Counted from the stretch's first letter, positions 47,436 through 60,905 are shown. The stretch is DNA of 64,000 nt from Basidiobolus meristosporus CBS 931.73 (GCA_002104905.1 MCFE01000015.1:124001-188000); one strand, 5' to 3'. Notes: generated from the letters alone by a model not told the origin. A program made the numbers and translations.

Positions 47436-50400
47436 TCACTGTAACTCAGGATTGTTGTACTTGATTGCATATCTACCCAGTGCCCACATGGTGAAGATGA
47501 ACTTGAAGTTGGGATAGCTAATCATGCAGTTTTTGTTGAATACTCCCTCGATGCTTTCTTGAAGCCATTCTCCATTTGGTTGTTGTCGGGACATGATGAG
47601 CTGGATTAACCGAAAAAGTCTTAGTTAATTATCGAGTGCAGGCTGACTTCTATTTGGGCTAATTACCTTGACGCCACGACGAAGCACTGACTCATCAGGG
47701 TATTCGGCTGAGAGGAGGGCCATCAATGCCCAAGCGGTATTCACCACTTGGGATTTTTCATGTTGATGGTAAACTCCCGTCTCGCACGACTGGTCACGTT
47801 AATATGTGAGCAATGAAAGGGTCGAAGAATACGTACCTTGAATGTTTCGCCCCATCCACCATCCGGCTGTTGCTTAGAAACAAGAAATTCACAGGCTTTC
47901 TTCACGGCGGGGCTATCGAAGGTAAAGCCTCGTGAATACACATCCTTCCGGTGCTCCAGATATCCAAGCACTCACCAGTTTTTGTATTTGTAGCCAACGA
48001 TGGCCAGACTCTCCAAGGCAAACATCATCGCGTAGGTGAAGCAAATCCCCCAACTACCGAACCAACTACCATCTTCGCGTTGAGATTTGAAGATATATTC
48101 AATGGATTTCTTCTTCGTCTCTCTGTAACGAGCCGGTTCCGTTAAGATCGATCAATTCACGGCGCAAAACCCATTGAAGTTCTTACTCAATCTCGGCCTT
48201 TCTGTATTCCGGGTAGTACTCCTGGAAGGTACTTAGTCCAAGTAACACCGAAGTGGTGCACTCTGGGTAGCTGTATTCAATCATGATCTTTCCGAATACT
48301 TCGGCTGGATTTATCCACTCGAGCCATGAGGGACCGCGGATACGTTCGTAACTGGCAAAGCCACCGTCAGCGTTCTGCATGGTGAGCAGGACATCCACTG
48401 CCTCGTAGAGTCTCTCTTTGGAGATTCTTGGCTCGACCCCCCTAGTGGTTTGACGAAAATGAAGTTCAGATAACGGTTAGGCAAATGGATGCGAGCCAGA
48501 AATAGGAGTTCGACTTTACTTGATTCCCTGTATTAACAGAGCGGCTTTGAGTCCCTCGGCGGTACAATCTGATACGGTGTAGCCTTGCTCCCGAGTACTG
48601 AAAGGCCAGGCGCCCTTGGATATCTGTCTGAAACAATATTCATGGTTTGGCACGTTTCTTCTGATCTGATACACTACTCAGTGAATGTGGGTTGGAACAT
48701 CCTCGTGATCTATGGAAAATTACCTGGCAGTGGTCCAAAAATCTTAGCGCGTTCTCGATTGCCTCTCGGTTTTCGGGATACTGGGCCAATCCTGGGCGTA
48801 CAATGCATTTGTCAGCCTTGCTTCTCCGCCGTAAGGCGCTCAGCCTATCCTCTTACCAGATTCAGCAATGGCTTGGATACAGAATGCGGTATCCCAAAGC
48901 TGGCTTCCATTGGTGCCATTCACCATCATTCCCTCTCTACCAAGCCTGAATGAAGATTTAGTAAGCACACGCAGCAACTGACAGCTATGGAAGGCCCATA
49001 CCAGACAAATTCGTCTAGACGGCTAGCATGCTTACGAAAAGCCTCAGAGTCAGGGCCCTCGGTGAACCAACGGCAAATCATATTCATGGGCTTGCTAACC
49101 TAGACATCGTCCACATGTTAGTCGAGATGCATGCGCCGTTGTCCATATGACGACCACGGGCTTACCGGGGCGATTCCCAAATAGTAGGTATTCTCATCCT
49201 CGATAACGATTTGTTCGTATGCCTTGCTCAGTGCATATTGTCGGAGGTAACTGTTGAGATAAAAGTCGGGTAATTTTTGATAGACGTCCACGGCAGCTGG
49301 TCGAGTGCCGTTATTAGTCCTGGTATTCAATGAAGGATCGCATCAAACAAGCGGAACATACACATCAAGACCTCGTAAATTCGGCTGTGAGGTGAATACA
49401 GATCTGCCTCGGAGATGTTATTGCGCTGCTGAGGCCAGTCGATAGTCTCGTATGGCTGTGTGTATAGCTCATTCCTCAGCTGAAGAATGAGTTCGGTCTC
49501 TTTGCCAGTCAATTTCTTCCCGTAAATGTAACTCATCGGGAGGTAGACCGCGCGAGTGTGGACCCAGAATTTGCCTGGGTGTACGGGTAAAGCCTGTGGA
49601 AGAACCCTTTTCACTCGTCATGAGGCTGATGACCAAAAATGACTCCAACTCTTCAACTAGCTTACCATAGCTCTGGAGGGACAGGGTTGAGACCCTCCCA
49701 GTCATAGGCTCCAAGAACCGCTAGCCAGAATTTACCCCATGAGGGGGCGGCGGCTGCGCCTCCTAATATTGTGCCAAAGTCTATTTAAGTATGCTAACAA
49801 TAGGCGGCCCGCATTCCGGGAGATTTACCTAGCTTGTGGAGGCAGGCACGAGCCTTGACTAGGGTTGGGTGTTCACTGTCTAAGCCTAAAATCCTTAGGG
49901 CTGCATAGTTTAGGGCAGTTCCAAACACCGTAGATTGGCCCTCTATATGGCTGTGGAGTGGAAGGGTCAATCTCCATACGTAGCAATGCTGGAAAAGACC
50001 AAGCCAAAAAATGCCTACATTCCCCAGCCACCATCTTCTGCATGAGCTCTGTTGATCAGGTAACGGATATACTCCTGTCTCTGTCTTTCAGGGATGGGAA
50101 TCCCGGTGATGTACATGGAGAATACTACCCCGGGTAAGAGGAACATGGGGCCTCCGTACTCGCCAGCCCAATGACCGTCCTCCGTCTGCAACCGCTTGTA
50201 AAACTCAAAACACTGGCGGACCGAATCCATCGGAGTCTTGGCCGGTGAGGATTCCTCGGCATCCTAAGAAATAAACAACTTGGTCAAACGATCCGACGAC
50301 AGAACTTCCGTGCAAAATTGCTCGGCGTACCAGTGGTAGGCCAATCCAGTACTTGTCGCACATCGTCTGGGGCCACGCTTCGGCCTCCTCCTCGGTTTCC

Positions 50401-50489
50401 AAGTAAACCCAGGTTTGCGCGCCTAGGCCGTCTACTTTAAGTCTCCAGCGGGTCAAATCCGTGGCAAAAGGTTCCTTTGCAAACTGCAT
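47436..50489 (-). CDS. ERG7: Lanosterol synthase (2,3-oxidosqualene cyclase), multi-exon
   Basis: [25 protein letters not shown] motifs, [10 protein letters not shown] and [18 protein letters not shown]. Confidence 0.96.
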
Positions 50490-50546
50490 GTTGTTGTTCC
50501 GTTGCAAGTGGTGAATTAGTTGCTGGGCACTGAGTGAGCCCATATA

Positions 50547-50562
50547 AATCAATCAATCAATC
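50547..50562. repeat. (AATC)4 microsatellite just upstream of ERG7
   Basis: Direct reading; adjacent to a TATA-like TTTATA on the minus strand. Confidence 0.8.
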
Positions 50563-51022
50563 GGCCATGAATTCTAGCCACGGAGCAACAGGAATCCACG
50601 CAGGTGGACAAATTGGGCGGAAGTTTCATGATCAGAGATTTGCTCTGCCTCTCAAGTGCCACTGGCTTAATATCTGGACTTGAAATGCCCACAGGTGTAG
50701 GCAAAATCAATGTCACATCATGTGTATTCACATGTGACGGATGGATTCTTGGCTTCCAAGAGGAATCCAATGACCTCCATAGTCCTATGCATTTATGTGA
50801 GCTAATTTATTTACGTAGCGTATCTACATGTAACGCATGGATCGGACTCAATATTGGGGGAGGTTGGGGCCAAATATGATGAAAAAGGAAAACGAGACTG
50901 AAAATATACTCCGCGCTTGAAAGAATTACACACAAGGATTAATCTAAAAGTCCAAAACAGAAGAATTATGTTCAGATTGTCACTTCGCAACTCCCACCCT
51001 GCTTCGGCTCTGGTGGATCTAT

Positions 51023-51780
51023 TTAATGTCTATGGGAATACTGTTGGATTAGTACTGAAAGCGTTTCGAGATTCACCCGACAATGGATTTGGGTGGAGTT
51101 GTATGACGGAAGCGTGGTCGAATCGAGGGATTGTCGAGATTCCGAGCGTGCTGTGTAGGGGGGCGGTGCGATGTTTCTCTCGGGCGAGCAGATGATGGAA
51201 TCCGCTTGTAGGGTATACCGGTTTCTATGCCGTGTGGAGTGTGTGCAGCTCGATAGATCCTCAGCCATGCTGGATGCTCTGGGCATCATCAGGTAATCGG
51301 TGTTGGTGAGCGAGCTGGTGCATCGATGCTTTGAATGCTTCCAATGGCCTTCGATCAAGTCAGCTGCCTCTCCGAAGGATACCCCCGACTTCAGAATGAT
51401 GGGCAGGTCGCGCTTGGGTAGATTGGACTTGAAGTCGAAACGGTCATAGTCCTGGTCTACCGTCCCGCGGATGATACAGCGCCAAGGAGTTAAAGTGAAT
51501 TTGCCAACCCGTTGAAAGTCAAACGTCAGCTTGTTCACACTATTCGTGCCCGAGGGCTCGGATGCAAGCTCAATATGGACCTGTCCATGTTTACGGAACC
51601 ACTTCAAGATGCTTTCGCGAAAACCATAGACGACAAAGATCGGTTGAAATCCAGGTGAAAGGGTCAACTTTTGGTTCAGTTTCGGTCGTAAAATTATGTT
51701 GTTCCCAGTACTGTCTGTGTTTGAAAAAATGCCTTCCCTATTAACCAGCGCTCCACGAATCACACCTCCAACAACAGCAT
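51023..51780 (-). CDS. Hypothetical protein with C-terminal PPPY and LPSY motifs; start uncertain
   Basis: 246-aa ORF (frame open from 51781) with a beta-rich N-terminal half and a Ser-rich tail containing IAPPPYT and TLPSYN. No in-frame ATG near the 5' end. Confidence 0.6.
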
Positions 51781-52445
51781 CTTACCTTTCTCTAAAAACC
51801 CGTAACGCATGACGAAGACAGGCAACAACCAGAGTGTGTGGGAGGTTTGGGTGGCGATAAGTGCTGCAAGTAACTAAACTACGAAGAAGAGTGACCACGG
51901 GGGAGGATACAACTTTCAGAACGCAAATAACCCAGGGATTATATTGAAGGAGAAGTAATCAGCATGACAACAGGAGCCTACTGAGCACTGAGGCGGCTTA
52001 TAAGGTGGAGCATTATTGAGAGGGTTTTCCAAATTTGGAGAAATGTAATTAGGTTAACCTTGATTATTCCCAACAATGGCATATATTCCTAGTAGAACAC
52101 TAACATCGCAATTCGCCATCGGCTTCACCCTCATCGATGAGGTCTTAAAAATAATCACACAACATATTCAAAGGAGATCACACTGGGATGACAAATTTAC
52201 ACAGAGCATGTACTCCATTGAGCCATCCAATTACCGCCTTGAACGCTAATTGGATCTGGGCTAAATGAACACTGCCTTCTATGGTTATGGTGAAGCGTTG
52301 AGTCAGTGAATGAATGCACAGATTAGTGATTTATTAGTGGATCGAATCCGTAATTAGTCAACTCATGGAAGAGTGTTCTGCGTAATCGAGCGATAAAGGA
52401 AGGGATAATTACATATTTACAAGAGTAAGTTGTTTAGGGGCGCGC

Positions 52446-53042
52446 TCACAGGTTTTCGTAAAACTGGGCCAGCACGTAGTACGCTTCGTGGCCCAGCCTT
52501 AGAAAAGCCACGTTTTGCATGATGGTCTCGAAATTCTCCTCGTCGAACGTGCTCAACCACTGCTCGTCATCGCGAGTGTAGATCCATCTCAAGATCTCCT
52601 CAAAGCCGACGATTGAGGGGACCTTAATGTAGATGTGCCTGACCATCCGCTGTTGGTCTTGCTCCACCTCCACCCGCTTCTCAACGGTCATCTCAAGCTC
52701 ATTCGAGATTGATGAGCGACGCGGAAAGCGGCACAGAAGGCGGTAAAGTAGCTGGCAGTCCTGGGCAAAGTAGAAATCATGCAGCCAAAAGTGGGCCTCG
52801 TTGTTCAGAGAATCCTCAATATGCAAACAGGAGTCGCTGGAGTATTGGTTGTTGAACAGGTAAGGACCAACTCTACGCAAGTTGTCCAATACGTAACTGG
52901 TGGGGAAGGCCTCATTCTCAGATATCTGAATGTAATCCTGGTTGTGGGTTGGGTCGCTTGAAACACTAGAGCAAACAAGCGAGGCACCAACTGGTGTATG
53001 ATTCACCTGGAATAGGTTTAGGGTACTGGAAGAGAGAATCAT
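52446..53042 (-). CDS. BTB/POZ-like protein, paralogue 2, intronless
   Basis: LFNNQYSSDSCLHI...FWLHDFYF...GFEEILRWIYT...NVAFLRL...AYYVLA.FYE is colinear with 46169-46759. Confidence 0.75.
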   Translation of the reverse strand: MILSSSTLNLFQVNHTPVGASLVCSSVSSDPTHNQDYIQISENEAFPTSYVLDNLRRVGPYLFNNQYSSDSCLHIEDSLNNEAHFWLHDFYFAQDCQLLYRLLCRFPRRSSISNELEMTVEKRVEVEQDQQRMVRHIYIKVPSIVGFEEILRWIYTRDDEQWLSTFDEENFETIMQNVAFLRLGHEAYYVLAQFYENL

Positions 53043-53713
53043 TGTGCAACTATTGCCTTGGAAGTATGGGCGAGTGGGGTTTATATTGAATTGGGCTGTT
53101 TCTCCACCACTTGTTTAATAAGCGCGATTGATAAATTAGGATTAATTTGCCATACAAAATAGTAGGTGAGTCATATTTCCGTAGTTTAGGCCCGCTCCGT
53201 ACACATTCCGTTCAGCCTTAATTGTACAGGATAGCTCGATGGTTTCCGCTTGGGACCAGCTTTCCTTACTGATCTCCGCCATATTCCAAGTCTCGATCTG
53301 TTTCGGATTTGATGGGTAGTCTACCCGACCCTTACCCTAACCCTAGCTGCAGCGATAACAAGTAAAATGCACTCTGGCTTAGTTACAACTGTCAGCTGGT
53401 GTCTCTTGGCCAACAAGGGTCCATGGAATTAATATGTATATAGTTGGAAATTCAATGGTTGGCAGGACCAAATCAGTAGTCAATAACTGCCTAAACGATC
53501 AGCACTTGATTGAACTTACTAAGCATCCGCAACGTCCTTCATTGTCGGGAAAACTCTCGGTGACAGATTTATTTGCGGATATCTAAACAGTGAGCAATCA
53601 AGGGAATCTAAATAGGGGGACGGCTCTAAAGAGGGGCCCGGTGCCATGGAATAAGGTTTAGTGTGGGACCTGGTTGCTGCCAAATGGGTGCATCGATCTC
53701 ATCAAGATTCGAT

Positions 53714-54586
53714 CTAGAATTTCTTCTTCTTTTCGTCAACAGAGAACCCACCAGGTCCGGTGCTGAGGAGAAGAATAAACCCACCTACGATGCTGAGGAT
53801 CTGGAAGAAGTTATATTTAACAAAATTACGGGTATCCGGGTCCTGGTTGATTGACCACCAGTTATTCATCACCACATTGAACAGAAACAGAAACGTCATC
53901 ATCATCATGGCGGAGTACTTGGCTTTAAACCCGATCACCACCATCAATGACATGACGAGGCCAACTCCGGCGCCAACCAGCTTCAGCGTCGACATCTTCC
54001 CGGTCACAACGAACGAGCCGAAGAGAAGGACCAGGAGGATGCGGCCGAACAGCGCGAAGTACGGGCTACGATCCAACTCCTGGACCGTTGGCAGCCCTCC
54101 AAAAATGGCCTTGGGTTTGTTGGGCCCTTCCGACAGAAGCATGAGAATCCCGCCCAGCATACTGATGTTACGTAAAAAGAAAGACCACTCCAGAAATAGC
54201 CCGTATCCAAATATCTGCGTCACTACGGCTGTGAACAATCCGATCACCGCAAGGTGAGTTTGGATCTTGGTGATGGCAAGAACGGACCCTATTAGCATCA
54301 ACTAGACCAGAGTTAGCGTGTTTCCCTTGACATCCCCAACCACACCCAACCCACTTACCCCTAGATTCATCCCCAGAAACAGATGACTAGTGCCATGGTA
54401 AAACCCTCGATATTTCTCCAAGTAGCGTAGCTGTTGATCCCACTGAGTGTATATCCGCAGTGAGTCTTCCAGAAACGCTGACACCAAGAGGAACCGGCCC
54501 ACAACAGAGGTGAGTCTTTGGAACCGCTTCAATGAGTAGGTGGTGCGCCGTTCTACTCTGTACATTGATCTTTGTGCTGTGTCCAT
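53714..54586 (-). CDS. ERV29: SURF4/Erv29 ER cargo receptor, copy A (intron 54358-54302)
   Basis: GRFLLVSAFLEDSLRI..QW..Q, FFLRNISMLGG.L, KYNFFQILSIVGG, GPGGFSVDEKKKF dilysine tail. Confidence 0.93.
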
Positions 54587-55185
54587 TCCTGGTCTGATGA
54601 GAGAGTTGCTGAGAGATAGGTGTCTATAGTTGATGACAAAAAGGTGAGGGGATGCGACAGAAGACTGGGCTTTTTAAATCCAACTCTAACAATGGCAACC
54701 AAATGCCCGGACGGCTGCAATGTACTGACACCTCCATTGTTAAGCTGTGTGGCCATGCATACAATCTTCCCATTTGGGGTAAATGATGTGGCATTCTGGC
54801 ATGGTACACAGTAATGGTTCTAAATACCATCTATTGCGTGCTCCTTGTGATCCATTCCTCTCGATCATGCCGACCATTTCCTCGCCAACCTGCTTACCAA
54901 ACATGCGAGCAATGTGGGGCTGCGAATCTAGAGACGTTGGGTTTGGGTGTCGTGCTTGTTAGTTCGACATCCGAGATGATCATTGATGTTTTGAGTGCAT
55001 GTTGGATCGAGTTTGTGGATGTCATGTGGCCAGCCCCTTGCATATGTCCTTTAAGGAGCTAGAAAATGGTCTTTAATGAGAATTTTTAAATACGATCAAG
55101 GTTTATCTATTGATTGCTGTTTAGGATATCTAGGCTACTGTTGTTTTCTAGGGGATGCAAGGGTATGTGAGGGCACTATCGTGCT

Positions 55186-56054
55186 TTAGAATTTCTTCTC
55201 TTTTCCGTCCAAGGATAGGGTTCCAGGGCCAACGTTCACCAGCAGTAACAATCCGCCGACGATGCTTAGCACCTGGAAAAAGTCATATCTCAGGTAGTCC
55301 CTGGCTGGATGGTTGTGATGGATAGTCCACCAGTTGTTCTTTACAATGTTGAATATCGTTAGGGAAAATGCCATCAAGACGGCTGAGAACTTCACTTTAA
55401 ACCCAACTACGATCATGAGGGAAGATATGATCCCAACTGCTGCTAAGGTCAAATTCAAAGGGGTCGCATCTTGAGGAAACACCATGTACAGGAACAACAC
55501 AATCAGCAGTACTCTTCCTGACAGCTGGAGGTACCTCCTAGGATCAACGTGATACGGCGCAAGGAGCCCTGGAAAGCAGGATTTCGGCTTGTTCAAGCCC
55601 TCCGCCAGGAGCATCAACAACCCACCAAGGATGCTAATGTTCCGAAGAAAGAATTGGAACTCCAGAAACAGCCCGTACCCTATGACTTGGGAGATCACCG
55701 CGAGAAATAGTCCCCCGATTGCAATCTTCATATGCTTTTTTGTTATTGCTAGGAATGAGCCTGATAGCATTATCTGGAAATCAACCATGTAAGTAACCAC
55801 GAATTTGTGAGCCCATTGGTTGCCATAATTACCAGGACATTGAGCAGTAGAAAGGCGTGGCCGATTTGAGGGCTGATGCCACGTTGATATTGAAGATAGT
55901 GAAGCTGTTCGGTCCATTGAGACAATATCCTTGATGAGTCTTCAATAAAACTGACCACAACAAGAAATCTCGCTACGCTGGGAATGTAGGACTTCATTGG
56001 GAAATGGTCCAACTCACAGTCGATTTGGGCAGATATGTCTCTTAGAAGATCCAT
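55186..56054 (-). CDS. ERV29: SURF4/Erv29 ER cargo receptor, copy B (intron 55832-55774)
   Basis: ARFLVVVSFIEDSSRI.SQW.EQ, FFLRNISILGGLL, RYDFFQVLSIVGG, GPG.LSLDGKEKKF. Same intron position as copy A. Confidence 0.92.
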
Positions 56055-56706
56055 TGAATATGCGACGATAGGGCTGAAATGAGATGAATGCTCCATGATT
56101 CCAGGAAATATTTATACCCAAGTCCATCGGAGGTTTCCAATGGGCATACGTTATCAACAATCAACGTTCCATTGTAAAGAGCAGATTCGGGGAATAGTAT
56201 GGTTCGATGATGAGCTTCAATTTCTAATTGGAACAAAGGTTTGTACATCCTCATCAAAGCGATCAATTCAACACGCATGCTCATTGACCGTTCTGCAGAG
56301 AAGGAATTGCTTTATGTGGATAGTTTAGAACTTCAGGGTACTGAAAACCGACTGAGGTTTTGATATGTCCACAAACATTAAATCAATTTGACCTGCCTTC
56401 GATTGTTGTTGATTTATAATCCGGCTTGCCGCATGGGATATGGTAATTGTGCCAGGCATCTGGATATTTTTACTCATGATCCTATTGTCTATCCCATGTC
56501 AGATTCACAACCTTGCTTGTTACTTGTTAATTAACTTTCATAAAAGTGTGACGGAATGTAATATTCATGAATAGAACATACTCGATTGCTGATGAGGACA
56601 TCATATTTGGTGCCGATGTCACAACTTTATGCGAAGTAACTAAACGGTGTGTAGGTGTGTCAAGTAACCTTCGTTCCATTTGCATTATTCAAGAAACATA
56701 GCCTCC

Positions 56707-59700
56707 ATGTCTTTTACAAGGCAGTTCAACTTTTTCGAGAAGGATGAAGTCAAGGAGACCCCCTCCATTCTTCAGGTGAGAAGCCAACCCTACTAAGGAC
56801 ACACTTACAACCATACTTGCTACACCGCCCCGAATATAAAATACCTCTCCATTTGTACGTTACCAATTTATCGTTTTCTTTCTCTTCCTTTAGAGATCCG
56901 GTTCTCTCGTCCACTCCAGAGGTCGTGGCTTGATTTTCGTCGCAGATATCCTTTCATACACATTAGTCCACTTAGATAATGTTGGCAGCGAATAATTTCG
57001 ACCTGTGCCTGCCCTTAACTCAACATCACATAATGAGGGCTTTATACACATGATTGATCGTTCTTTCAGCGTACGTTCGTGGTTGGCATTCGAAATTGGG
57101 CGTGTAACGCATATGAAGCATATGAAATATCAAAACATTCTGGTGACCATAGGTGTAAGTTTAGGATCGCCTCTCCTCGTCCTTTCCTCCATACTCCTTT
57201 TAGGCCTAGGGTGCAACGGGATGTATTATTCAGTTCATCTAACCTTCCTGTCTTAGGAAGATGATACCCCTTCTTCAAGTCCAGTGATCAAAATTTGGGA
57301 CCTGGATAAAAGCGACAAAAACAAGCAAGATCCCTTATGTGTCAAAACCACCAAAGTCAGCCAAGGAAGCAACCCTTTCCCGGTATAGTGCCCTCAGAAC
57401 ATCGACTTTCAAGGTGATTTGCCTTGCTAACGTATGCCCGTGACAATCAGGTCTCGAAGTTTGCTGTCCTTGAAAGCATGTCGCAGATTGCTATTGGCTT
57501 GGCCAATGGGCAAGTGATATTAATTCGTGGTGATATCTCTAGAGACCGCTATACCAAGCAGAAGGTGATCCATGAATGCCCGGAGCCAATTACTGGTAAA
57601 TTTGGTTCGTCAGCTATCGAAAGCACTATTCAGTCCACTAAAATGCTGTGGGATATAGGTCTGGAATTTCGAGAGGAAGGAAAAACAGTGATCCTTTTCA
57701 TCGTTACAACAAATCAAATAGTCTCGTGCAATACTACAAGCAAGGAGATCAAAGTATGCGATCCTTGCCGCCTTTTAGCGAATACACTGCATCCAGACGC
57801 TAAACTCAAATCTCTTACAGCAAGTCTTGGATGAACATGGTGCATCTCTTGGTTGTTCCACTCTCAGTGAGCCTGAGAACGATCTTATTGTTGGTAGAGA
57901 CGAGGTAGCCTTTGCAAAGATTTAATGGGATTCCGTGTCTTCAAACTAATGGCTTCTAGGCCATCTATTTCTATGGACCCGAAGGGCGTGGGCCATGCTT
58001 TGCTTACGAAGGTGTGTTCACCATTCTTTTCATCCCCAAACACCCATTAATCTCTTCGGCCGTACGCTTCGTGTAGGAACAAAGATATCAATTAACTGGT
58101 TCAAGAACTATATTATCATAGTCTCGCCTGCGCGTGAACAGCCTAGCACTACGGGCATTGGAAACATCTATTCATCTGCTACAACCGCACTCTCGGAGTT
58201 AAATCAAGTAACTATCTTCGATGTCAACAATAAGTTCTCTGCTTTCTCTGCCAGCTTCAGTTCGGGCGTTCGGGCGGTCATCTGCGAGTGGGATGGGGTC
58301 TTTGTTCTCTCAGGAGATGGCAAGCTATTCCGCCTGGAGGAGAAGGACACTCCTACCAAATTAGAAATACTCTTCAAGCAAAACCTATACATGCTTGCTA
58401 TCGGGCTAGCCAGAAGCCAAAAATACGACGAAAGCAGTATTGCAGAGATCTACAAGAAATACGGCGACCATTTGTACAGGTAAACCCTCGGCCGTCATCA
58501 GTGTTCGTGTTTCGGTAACCAACTGTAAATATCAGCAAAACGGATTACGATGGCGCCATGTCGCAATATCTAAAGACAATCGGGAAACTCGAGCCATCTT
58601 ATGTTATTCGTAAAGTAAGCACCATGCGCCTGGCTAATGAATAATCGCCTGTTTCTGACCTCGAAACAAGTTCCTAGATGCTCAACGTATACATAATTTA
58701 ACTTCATACCTGCAAGAGTTACATACTACTGGCCTAGCTACTGCAGATCACACAACTCTTTTACTGAACTGCTATACCAAGCTCAAGGACGTGGCCAAGC
58801 TGGATGAATTCATCAAGGTACCCTTGTAGCGCGTTTAGAAGGGAGTGCTTGACTGATTCTCAATCACCACTGTAGACCGACGACGAGCTTCGATTTGATG
58901 TTGATACCGCCATTCGCGTGTGCCGCCAAGCCGGCTACTACGAGCATGCATGCTATCTAGCCGAAAAGTTTGAAGAGCATGATACGTAAGTGCACATTGG
59001 TTTCCTTTGACCAGGAAACCCCTACCCACCGTTTATTTGAACAGCTATTTGAAAATTCAAATCGAGGACGTGAAGGATTATCTCAAAGCTTTGCATTATA
59101 TTCGCACATGCAATCACCTGGAAGTATGCACCTACAGTTGCTCGGAACCCTCTGTTCTCGATATTCAATTTGTTTTTGGTAGGCGGATAAGCAGCTGAAG
59201 AAGTATGGACGCACGCTGCTGGACCAGATCCCGGATGAAACCACAAGCCTGCTAATCGACCTTTGCACTGGGCAACACAATGTCGACTCTTCAATGCCTC
59301 CATCGCCAGCTCCAAACACGGCCAGTCAAGGGTTTACACTGGCTTCCATTAATGGCCCATTCAAGCGTAGTAACACTGGCGGTCATACTAAACAGTCATC
59401 TAGATCTAGGTCGCTCAGTGCTACCAAGTTGACCACATATAATCCACCCTCTCCAAGTGGTTTTGTCAGTATCTTTGTTGGCCATCCGAGCCAACTAATC
59501 ACCTTCTTCGAAAGTGTTTGCGAGAAACGGTGGAACAAGAAGATCGTTCCCTCGCCCATCGAGTCTCGCGACAGTATTGGAAAACTCATCGTGAACGGGA
59601 AGTCCGTCCCGGCCGACCCCTCAGTCAAACTGGATCGTGAAGAAGAGGAAAAAAAGTCGGTCTGGAACACGCTGCTCGAGCTCTACCTTATAGATCATTT

Positions 59701-60679
59701 AAGCGCATTGAGCAACGAGGTTGATGAGATTCAAAAGCAGGAACGCCGCGCTAAAGCCTTGGTGTTGCTGAAAGATCCGGAGGTAAGGGATTTCAATGGA
59801 TAGACGATCCACGCCAATTCCCACTTACGCTTTGGTACAGATCTCCTACGATATGGACCATGCTTTTGTCTTGTGTCAGCTATCATCCTTTGATGACGGA
59901 ATCGTGTATCTTTATGAACGGATGCAAATGTACAGCGAGATTCTGCAATTCTGGATGGATCGGGATGAAATCGGCAAAGTTCTGGAGTCCCTTCGCAAGT
60001 TTGGGTGAGTGGGGTTGATTGTGCGTTGCATGTGTGAGAAAACCAACCCTAATCCCTATGTGCATCCTTTAGACCGCTGCACCCAGCGCTGTATCCGCAG
60101 ACACTTACCTACTTTGCTTCCTCTCCTGCTTCCTTGCTTACCAACGCCACCGAATTGATGCAAGTTTTGGACCATATCGATAGGGAGAACTTGCTCTCCC
60201 CTTTGCAAGTGGTCCAGGCGCTTAGCCGGAATTCAGTTGCTACCGTGGGTGTTGTCAAAGAATACATCAGCCGACGGATCGAAACGGAGAAGAAACAGTG
60301 TGAGGACGATGCGAAGCTCATACAAAGCTACAGAGCGGAAACGGAAAAGAAAAGAAAAGAGATCGAGGACCTTCAGAGTAATGCTCGTATCTTCCAGATG
60401 ACCAAATGCAGCTCATGCGGCGGTGGTTTGGATCTGCCAGCGGTTCACTATCTCTGTCGTCACTCGTTCCATCAGCGATGCTTGAATGAATACGAGAAGG
60501 ACTGTCCAAAATGCGCCATTGACAATCGTATGGTGTTGGAGATCAAACGTTCCCAGGAGGAGAATGCCGACAAGCACGAGCTGTTCCTCGCCCAACTCGA
60601 GGATGCGGATGATGGCTTTGAGGTTGTTGCCGACTATTTCTCTCGTAATACCATGTCGTTCACTAAACTAGTAGAATAA
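56707..60679 (+). CDS. VPS11: Vacuolar protein sorting 11 (Pep5; HOPS/CORVET), multi-exon
   Basis: MSFTRQFNFFEK start; EKDTPTKLEILFKQNLY.LAI.LA; Y.RYGD.LY; LEPSYVIRKFLDAQRI.NLT.YL; RING CSSCGGGLDLPAVHYLC.HSFHQRC...CPKC; VPS11_C tail. Confidence 0.95.
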
Positions 60680-60905
60680 TCCCGAGTCCAAATTGAAATC
60701 AAATCATGTGGAAACGGAGGTGTCAGTGGTTTTTGTGTTAGGTTAGCGCCCCACCCTAGGTTAATTTTGAGGGTCCCAGTGCCATCATCAGAAATGCCAC
60801 TATTTTCATAATTGTTACATCATTCAAGCACTCAAATATTTGATAAAAGTAGTTGGATCCCAGTGGCCTTCGAACCAAGTGGTCGAACTTAACTCTGGTC
60901 GTATA

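Noticed and set aside
52330-52360. tRNA T-arm-like GGATCGAATCC
   Set aside because: No acceptor stem, D-arm or anticodon arm could be built around it.
53331-53345. Telomere-like CCCTAACCCT
   Set aside because: Fewer than two full units; expected by chance.
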